Shown: positions 51,550-60,000 of the stretch, piece after piece
Layout of the letters: every line of letters starts with the position of its first letter
Position numbering within the stretch: the stretch's first letter is position 1
NCBI GenBank assembly: GCA_964187785.1
Contig: OZ076409.1
Location: forward strand, 26,104,001 to 26,164,000
Direction of reading: 5' to 3'
DNA length: 60,000 nucleotides
Source: Amphiscolops sp. MND2022
Taxonomy: Eukaryota
Translations under genes and position numbers: made by a program
Notes under the pieces: model-generated
Seen by the model: the letters and a program-made list of their open reading frames with translations, nothing else
What the model was told of the DNA's origin: nothing
Databases searched by the model: none

Positions 51550-51576
51550 CTATTTAATAAGTTTATCACAACAATT
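51550..51576 (-). other. Spliced-leader-like 5' terminus of LINE A
   Basis: AATTGTTGTGATAAACTTATTAAATAG, 2 nt from the TSD and 11 nt before the ORF1 ATG. Confidence 0.6.
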
Positions 51577-51578
51577 TC

Positions 51579-51956
51579 CCCTTAGTTTCTGGAGGGGAAA
51601 TTCTGCAGACACAACTGAAACGTACGAACAACCAAATGAAGAGAAACTACACGACCAGCATTGAGAATCTGGCAAAACCCATGCCAGAAGGAGCCAGTGA
51701 AGAATATAACGTGAATCAGTAAAAGCGTTCACAAATCTTTCATCTCAGTAAAACTTCTTCATAGTCAACTCATTGAGGATCTACAACTCAACGTGGACCC
51801 AATCATCATTTGGACTGCGTTCACTTTCTAGCATACTAAGACTGTTCAACAGCGCTTGCTAAAGAATATTCCTTTGTTCTCTGGAATGCCAGAGTGGTCC
51901 GCCGATTTCTTTCATTGAATTGTTGACCAAAGGGTCAAAGAGCTTCGGCGAGAACA
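51579..51956 (+). repeat. BEL 3' LTR, right part
   Basis: Matches 34998-35381; ends GAGAACA followed by TSD CGTAG. Confidence 0.95.
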
Positions 51957-52080
51957 CGTAGAAAAGCTCTTGTTGACACAGGAGCCTGTGCAAACGCCAT
52001 GCCGGCAGACTTCTATGAAAAACTAAAAGATGAAAGTCCAAATTCAATTTCGGAACTACAACAAGCTCCTCTTTTAAATG
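51957..52080 (+). pseudogene. Gypsy-type aspartic protease relic, right part
   Basis: RRKALVDTGACANAMPADFYEKL. Confidence 0.75.
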
Positions 52081-53099
52081 TTTTAAATGTAATGAGTTTG
52101 AATTCTGAAAGTCATTAACGGCGCCAGGTATGTATCCCAAGCGGAGCGAGGGTCCTGTACCGCCCGCGTTTCATTACCGCACGCATTGAGAGATATTTTT
52201 CAATCGTTACTCTGTGTAATCGTGGTCTGCTCTACGACTGGTCTAATTTTTAGCTGATTGTGTTCATTGCACACTAAATAAAGTTTCTTTACCCGCGCAA
52301 TGTCTAATCAATCGGCTACTTGAAACTTGACTTTCGAAGATCGTGAAGAACGACAACTTCTTTTTCGAGATCAACTATAATGAACTTGTCAGTGACCTTC
52401 GGAAACTATAACAGTATCTACAGCATCTATTGACTAGAGATTTTCTTCCTGTTGCTGACGTCTCCCTTTATCGTTGCTGACGTTTTTTAAACTTTATTTT
52501 TTTGAAAATAGAAACCTAATAGTTTCCTCGTATGAACGTATCCCTTTGGCCATTCAAATTTGTAGATCCTATATATGCTCAATGCTTTTACTCCTTAATA
52601 AATATCTCAGATTTTTCTTACTTTGCTGCCATCCATATGCTGCGATTGTTTGTCATCACCATGCAATTTTAGTGGCTGATTGCATTCTTTTTAGATCTGA
52701 TTGTTTGACACGAGATGATCTAAATGACGAGGAATCAAATGAACAATTTTGGGAGTGGAAGTGGGTCCGTTTTCCACGAAAACACGGTTAGATTGTTCTT
52801 CAGTTTCTAAATTTTTTGATACTTCCAATTTGAAAATATTCGGATTTGTTTGAATTGAAACGCCCAACTTTTGATTTAAGGCCATTATTGAGTAATGAGG
52901 TCTTGTCTGTCATGACTCATTTGTTATATTGGATCATGCCAATAAATACACATATGTGATATATGATATAAGAACAGCTCACCAAAAATCAGGCAAGTAC
53001 TGAGTATTTGGAATCTCTGGACCGATTTTCGATGTTTATCCTAAATCAACTATTCAACGACATTATATATATTTACGCCAAGTGGCGAAGGGATTGCTC

Positions 53100-55640
53100 C
53101 CGGTAATACAATTAGAAGAAGAAATGAGAAGATACGTTTTTTGCGTTACCGCAGGTGTGTCCAATGGTATAGTTAATAATGTCTTGAACTTCGGCAAGAT
53201 AGGCAGATACAAATAAAACAATGCGAGCATAAATTCTGTTCATTGAAGGTGTTGATGAAGTTATTACACATAATTTGAAGAATTTGAGCTTCAATTGAAA
53301 TTTGTATATCTGGGTTTAGGAATTCCATGATTTGGTTGGCGCGGTAGCAAGCACGATACCAAAAATTCTCTGACGGCTTTGCAGCGCAAGCTTGGTAATT
53401 TGAAACGCGTGCCTCTTCTATTTGAGTATTCGATTTCATATTGGGAAAATCCACATTGTATTTATTGCTGATATTAAAAATAAAAAGTTCTTTCAATTCT
53501 TGGTAATATAGAATGGGCAGCAGTTCAAGTTGAAGTAAGCGCTCTTTGTAGTTTTCGACTGGCAAAGTCCAGTAAGTGACCCTTTTGTTCATGGCATTTA
53601 TTGCCTCATATCAGAGCGAGATGACCAATAACATTCGGATGTATATAGCAGGGTAGGAATCAGCAATGACTTGTCGATGTTAATTTTTGATTTAATAATC
53701 ACGCCGAGGGTGGTGTTTTGCCGAATCTTTTCGAAAACTTTTAATGTCTTCATAAACAAAAATTGTCTACATCTACAAGTCATTGCTGATTCGTACCCTG
53801 CTATATGCATCCGAATGTTACTGGCCATCTCGCTCTGATATGAGGCAATTTAATGCCATGAACAAAAAAGTCTTTTACTGGATTTTGCCATTCGATTTGC
53901 TTGCTCGATTTTCAATGTTTGTGCCCATTTCAGATTTTAGTCCGTGATTAGACCAAGATATGTGCTTGTTTCTTTAATTTTAAGCTTGAGATCCGATATT
54001 ATAAGCTGTGTATCTACAATGCCCCTAACAGGCATGATGCTGCACTTTTTGGCTTTGAGATAGAGGGGATTGACGCACCCTGGATATGTTTTGAATTCTG
54101 GATATGTCTTCCTGAAATTTGCAAAGATCGCCTTTCTTTCCGATGTTTAGAGCAGTGAGGTCATCTGCAAACATGTAGGCAGTGGCAATGAGAACCTTAG
54201 AGGGTAGATCATTGACAAATATCTAGAACAAAGGGGGCCTATGATTGACCCCAGAGGGACTCCAGATCGAACATAGACAGATTCAGATATAATGTCCGCT
54301 GAAGTTACGGATTGGCTTCCAGTAAAATAGCTTCGAAGAAGATCGAAGAAACTTTGGTGGAGTCCAATTTGAGCAATACTTCTTTGAAGGATTTGATGAT
54401 CTATACTATCGAACGCCTTTTGGAAGTCAAAAAGGACGAGGGATGTATTTTCTTGAGACCATGAATCATAAATTTTCCATAATGGGTTTGTCGCCTGACG
54501 TTCTTGCTTTCTTTGATTTCCAGTGTATTTCACTCGCGGTTACTTCTTTACCAAGTTTTCTCGAATATCCGAACAGTTCATTAGTATCTCAATTGAAAAA
54601 TATTCTATTCTCGTAGCAAGTTTTGTCTTCGGAGAGGTGCACGTTTAGTTTGGTCTTAGCCAGATCAAATTTCCGTTTCTCTGCTTCATTCATTTCTCCA
54701 GAAGCTTCCCTGCGGTGTTTAATTTCTTCATGATATTTGAAGATTCTTGACTAACCCAATGTGGGAGCGAATAACTATGTTGGGTGCGTTTTGGGCAATG
54801 TTTTTTTAACTTTGTTGACCCAGTCATACCATTGATCCAAAATTTTATCTATGTTCGAATAACATTTGGGTAACAAAGGATCGTTCGTGATGTCATATTT
54901 CAAGGAAAAGAAATTGCATCGACAAAAGCTGTGTTTTTGTGCTGTTACGCTTGGAAAGGTCCACGTCGAATGAAATTGTCATCGAAGTAGATCTGTGATT
55001 TGATTTAACTGTGGATGTCTTCGTCCATTTGGATATTTTCGATTAGGTCTGGAGCGGTGGTCAATACGATGTCTAGACTGTTTCGTCGTGTTGAAATGCA
55101 CCACTTGTGCGAGGTTATAGCTGTCAATTAGTTCCAAAATTGCGAACTCATAAGGGTCGTCGGAAGTTTGATTGTTCCAATTTGTTCCATTCATGTTCAG
55201 ATCACCCATAATTGTCCACCAATCACAAGGCTGTTCGCTTAAAAATTTCATGTCAGTTTTGAAGTCATTTATGGTCAGTCTATAGGGGCTGTTTTCTGGA
55301 GTATTGTAGAGGATACAATAGCAGAAAGATGATGAACCACGACTTCTTATTGCGGCTGTTTTCTGGAGTATTGTAGAGGATACAATAGCAGAAAGATTAT
55401 GAACCACGACTTATTATTGCAGCTGAGCTTGTTTGTTGTAAATTTGTAGTTGGCATGGAGAGATGCAAGTGTGAAATGTCGGTCTTGATTCCAAGCAAGG
55501 TTCCTCCATGCTTAGTTGCAGATTTTGTAGATTGCCGGTTGCCTCGGAATTTTGAATAGTTTTGAAATTTAATGAATATTCAGTTTTGATATATTGAATC
55601 TTGACTTCCGTCGATCATGTTGCTTCGGTCAACTTCATGG
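53100..55640 (-). mobile_element. Decayed CR1-like LINE ORF2 relic
   Basis: MGDLN, FDFQKAFDSIDH, SGVPLGSIIGP, FADD; Cys-rich C-terminus CSHCFICICLSC. Confidence 0.85.
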
Positions 55641-55648
55641 CTATTGAT

Positions 55649-56177
55649 TTTTAGTCGGCGCCTTTTCCCTTAAGGAAAAAAGCCCGACTCTTACAGTGAG
55701 TAGTTTTTTTTGTTTTTTTTCAGTTGACAATCTCACTCTGAGTGGTCCACTTTTCTTACAATTTTTGTTCATCTTTCATATTTGTTCATCTTCCATCTTC
55801 GACCCAGCCGGAGAGCGTGGGTTCAAATCCCGCACTAAACCAAAAATTTTTTAATGCTTCCAAAAGTACAGGTGAGACCAAAGGGTCCCCCCTTTGGGTT
55901 TTTTTCGGCACTATGCGACTTTTTTCGAAAACTTTCGAAATTTATCGAAGGGTACCCCCTTGAATTTTTTTGAAGTTTTCGGTTTGTAGAAAACGTTGAA
56001 TGAGCCTGAATGACCTCTTTTTGAGTTTTTCGGCATTGTGCGACTTAAAAATACTTTTTTTTCGAAAAAACAAAATTTTTTTTTGAAAAATTTTTTTTCC
56101 AAATTTTTCCAATAGTTGTTCCTTGAATATTTTTGAGCCTAAGATATGGCGCCGACTTGGGACGTTCCCGTCTTGTT
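55649..56177 (+). mobile_element. Non-autonomous Helentron/HINE (DINE-1-like) element, copy 1
   Basis: Subterminal IRs AGTCGGCGCC (55653) / GGCGCCGACT (56148), 3' hairpin GACG-TTCC-CGTC, T-run flanks, no TSD. Confidence 0.6.
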
Positions 56178-56457
56178 CTACTCAAAGGTAGATCGAAGTC
56201 TTTAAACTCCAGTGTTTGCGATCGCATTCTTAAAATAAAAATATTGTCATCATATTCCTCCAATTTTTACATCGGCAGTAGAAAGTTTTACTCCATTTTA
56301 TACACATTTTGCTATACTCAAGACATAGCGTTACATAGATTTCCACTCATTTCAGAGAGTACCTTGCATATGTATTCTAAAAGTGCCTATTTTGTAAAGA
56401 AAAGTCAAAAGTTTACAAATTTAAGTTTTTGAGCTTTTTGTGTCAGTTTTAAACGTT

Positions 56458-57861
56458 TATAGTCGGCGTTTTCAGAGAAAAGAACGACTCTTAGTGTTAC
56501 AGTGGCTATTTTTTTCTCCAGTTGCTCTGGTACGCCCACTTTCACGGAGAACAGATGGAGCAAATATTATTCATACGGTAAAGACCATTTGACCTAAGCC
56601 AGCACGCTATGTTCGAATTGTTGGTGTTATATCCGATGTAAATTGCGTTTTACTGAGGAGGCCGAGGTCCAGAATGCGCTCGCACGTGATCCAGCATGCT
56701 ATATTGCGTTTTGCGGAATTAGAGGGCCTCCTTTTGGGGGTTTTCGGTACAGATTTTTGGTGCTGTAAATTCGATTAAATTTTTCACAATGCTGTGCTTT
56801 CGCAAATCACTTCTCTTTTTTGAAACTGGAGCAGGGCGCCGACTTTGACCGTTCGCGGTTTGTTTTTCAGACGGTGCAAAAAGTCCCAGTTTTGCGGACG
56901 TTTTGTTATGTTCCATTCCTTTCTACCCCCATTTTCGATATGCGATAAGCAAGTGTTATGGGAAAGTGCGGGTGCTTTTTTTCCGCGCGACATTTCACGC
57001 GGCAAGTCGCACATTTCACGCGTTCGTGGTCTAGTGGTAAGTATTCCGAAGCAGAATGTTCTCACTTTTTTTGGCACTATGAGACTTTTCGGCTTTGTGA
57101 GACTTTTTTCGAATTTTTTCAAATGTCCCCAAAGAGTTCTCCTTTCAATTTTTTTAAATACTTTGCAACAGAACGAATGTTAAAAATCCTACAGGGTCCC
57201 TTTTTTCAGAATTTTCGGCACTATGAGACTTCAAAATTCTCATTTTTTGGTTTTTCGAAATTTTTATATTAAAGACTCCAAAGAATCCCCCTTCGATTTT
57301 TTGAAATTTTGCAACAGAAAGGATGTTGAAAAATCTCAAAGGGTCCCTTTCACAGTTTCCGGCATTGTGACATTTTTCAAAAGGAATAATTTTCGTGTTG
57401 AAATTAGGTTTTCTCAGGTCCGACACGCTATATCCGATTTTTGTTGTTTTAAAAGACCGGTGTTTTTTCTATGCGACTTTTTCAAAAATTTGTTTCACCG
57501 AAGCCCCTCCTCAATTTTTGCCAGAAACGAAACCTTTTGCGAGAGTTAAGGACTCCTCAAGGTTTTCGGTATTATGCGACTTACCGGAGACCATCAAAAA
57601 TATTTTCGAAAAATTTTTTCCTCAATTTTCTGTTTTTTAAAAGTTTTTCGTTGAGAAAGATGGGTTTTTTGCTGTTATCAGTTGGGGAAGAAAGGTTTTC
57701 GAGATTTACGTGTATCCTTTCGGGTATTTTTGGCGCTGTATTTTGTAAAATTGATGAAATTTTAATGTCCTTTTACCATAGGTTCTCCTGATGATATTGC
57801 GTATTTGGTTTTCTTCAAAAGTTCGCAAGTGTTTGCGAAACACGGCTTCGCCTCTGTGTAG
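56458..57861 (+). repeat. Related composite repeat (HINE-like 5' end, internal TTCGGCACTATGxGAC repeats)
   Basis: TAGTCGGCG...TTACAGTG start and internal motifs shared with the flanking copies; different 3' end. Confidence 0.45.
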
Positions 57862-58029
57862 AATAAAATATCAGAGTTTAAGTATATTCACTGAAAATTC
57901 AGTTATTGATAGACAAGACTCCCGTCCCGAATAATTTAAAGCAACGACATACTTTTAGAATTCGAGCGTAGACAATAAATACTAACTTTCACAGAAGTTC
58001 GAAAAAGTGAAATGTTTTGCTCTTTTCTG

Positions 58030-58632
58030 TTTTTAGTCGGCGCATTTTCCTTTAAGGAAAAAAGCCCGACTATTACAGTGGCTAGTTTTTTTTTCTTTTT
58101 TTATTCGTCAGACCACAGAGCTCATCGCGTATGTACCACTTTTTACAGAAACTGATAAGTTCACTCAGGCCAAGTTCCACCAATGCAAACTTACTGCAAA
58201 GGGTCCCCCTTTCGTTTTTTACCTTTTTTACGTAACCTACAAAACCGGAAGACTCCAAAGGGTCCCCCCTTTCAATTTTTTTTGCACTGTGCAAAGAGTC
58301 CCCCCTTCGGATTTTTTGATATTTTGCAACAGAAAGTATGTTAATGAATCCCAAAGGGTCCCCCCTTTTCATTTTTCGGCACTATGCGACGTTTTCAAAG
58401 TTTTTTTCAAAAAAAAATTTTTCAAAAAAAATTTTCGAAAAAATTTTCAAAATTTTTTTTGTTTCCAGTCGGGAAAAGTGATTTTCCAGTCATATCGAGC
58501 ATGAAAGGCACACTTTGGGTGTCTCGAAAGTGTTTTCAAAGCTTTTCATGAATACATCCTGGGCATATTTAGAAAACTCTGAGCTTTTTGAGCCTTAGAT
58601 ATAGCGCCGACTTTAGACGTTCCCGTCTTATT
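58030..58632 (+). mobile_element. Non-autonomous Helentron/HINE-like element, copy 2
   Basis: Same 5' ~60 bp and 3' ~45 bp as 55649-56177; subTIR AGTCGGCGC/GCGCCGACT plus hairpin. Confidence 0.6.
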
Positions 58633-58878
58633 TTCAAACATTCCATTGTACAAGAGAATGATAAAAAGCTATTTGTATTGTTGTTGAACACTATGGGGAC
58701 TCTGACCCACAAAACATCCAAAAACCACAATTTCCACAAAAACTCGAAAATTGAGGAATTTGATACTTGTGGTTCATGTTCATGGTTCATGGAAGTGATT
58801 TGTAGTGGACCTCTCCAAATACGCATCTCCTGGATACTCATGTCCAAAAATCAGCCAACAGTTCTAAATCATTTGCAC

Positions 58879-59519
58879 GATTACCAGAAATTTCGTCGTC
58901 GGAAATTTCGTCGTCGGAAATTTCGTCGCCTGAAATTTCGTTGTCGGTGGTTACGTTCTACAAACCGCCACATTTTCTCTAATCTATTAGAAATAGTTTT
59001 ATCATTGAGTCTTAATATTTATCGATAATTGTGCAATTATTGCTATCATTGACTACTTTTAGTTATGATTTTGAGAGAAAGGTTTAGGATCATGCTTAGG
59101 AACACCACCACTCCCCCTTCCCTAGATACACCTTGTTTCTTAGACCCCAACACGAAGTTGTTTCGACACTTAAAGCAAAAATAACCAGGACTTTTGATAA
59201 TTTTCTGACAAAAAAGCAAAAATTCACTTCTGGAACGAGCTCAAATTCTATTGTAAAGCCCCGGTAAGTAGTTCCACTGGTATGACTCAGAATATACCCT
59301 TGCTCAATAAGTGTCTTGAAGAATTGATTGAATGCAATTCTTTTTGACTCAATTTTGGTGTCAAAATGAAACTTGTTCTTAAGATCTCATTTTAATAATT
59401 AAATAATTGACTAGTTCAAATGATTTCTTTTCATGAAGGTAGTTAATTCTAATCAATATGACAAATATTCCGACGACGAAATTTCTGGATTTGCTAATAC
59501 AACGAAATTTCCGCCCCCC
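58879..59519. mobile_element. Non-autonomous DNA transposon with 15-bp subterminal tandem repeats
   Basis: TSD (C)ATTTGCAC (58871-58878, 59520-59527); (GAAATTTCGTCGTCG)x4 at left and inverted copies at right. Confidence 0.7.
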
Positions 59520-60000
59520 ATTTGCACAAAACAATCGATAGTGTACAGTGGTGTGAAGAAAGAATGCGACTTAGCTGCTCAAAAAGGCTAATTTTGCAGT
59601 CTCATATCTCCAAAACTATTCGAAATGGTTCAATTTTGTAAAAACAAAAGTTTCTTGAATTTTTGCTATGAATACAATGGTTTTTGTTTGAAATTTCAAC
59701 CATCATTGTTTCCGAAGTTAGAAACATGTGGTTTTGGGAGGAAAATAATTAAAATTGCTAATTTTTGAGAAAATATCAGTGATCCAATGAATATTTTTTG
59801 ATAAATTTTGCCTTGCAGATACACTCAAATCTCTCGAAAACGAAGATGAAATTTGATTTTGGATATATTTGAAAAGTGTATATTGGTGGGAGTTTTACCA
59901 AGTGTAAGTCTCAAATTCCTATCTTAATACATGTATTTCCAATTTTACTGAACGAAAAAGTGCTCCCATTTTCGTTTTCTTGGTGATTTCCACAAACAAA

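Noticed and set aside
52115..52330. LTR plus PBS (TGGCGCC on the minus strand)
   Set aside because: No partner LTR or TSD identified.
55295..55425. ~66-bp tandem repeat as a functional element
   Set aside because: Simple local duplication within a dead LINE endonuclease.
55800..55842. tRNA gene
   Set aside because: Only a T-arm/B-box-like part; no full cloverleaf seen; lies within a repeat.
59544..60000. Tc1/mariner-like MITE starting TA|CAGTGG
   Set aside because: The other end is not visible in the window; the motif alone is too short.

Overview
AT-rich eukaryotic (metazoan) genomic DNA made almost entirely of nested transposable elements. It is not prokaryotic, and it is possibly an acoel flatworm, inferred only from a spliced-leader-like motif. 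Contents in order: the 5' part of a class-A GPCR-like gene; a decayed full-length Ty3/Gypsy element (1224-6360); two decayed CRE-clade (RLE endonuclease) non-LTR elements; several CR1/L2-like LINE relics, including a near-identical 2.88-kb tandem triplication; and a full BEL/Pao element (34604-51956, TSD CGTAG) inserted in a Gypsy protease relic. The BEL element carries an extra SGNH-like ORF and a hairpin repeat-spacer array. Its 3' LTR is split by a CR1-like LINE, which is itself split by a second, intact CR1-like LINE and by two 9-bp-TSD MITEs. The window ends with Helentron/HINE-like and other non-autonomous DNA elements. Main finding: the two divergent full-length LINEs both begin with the same ~31-nt leader, (GCCT)AATTGTTGTGATAA(A/C)CTTATTAAATAG, only 11-14 nt before the ORF1 ATG. 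This looks like a trans-spliced leader copied into DNA. Both LINEs also join ORF1 to an ATG-less ORF2 in frame through TGA-CTG (readthrough context) and end in long, mutually complementary trinucleotide tails.
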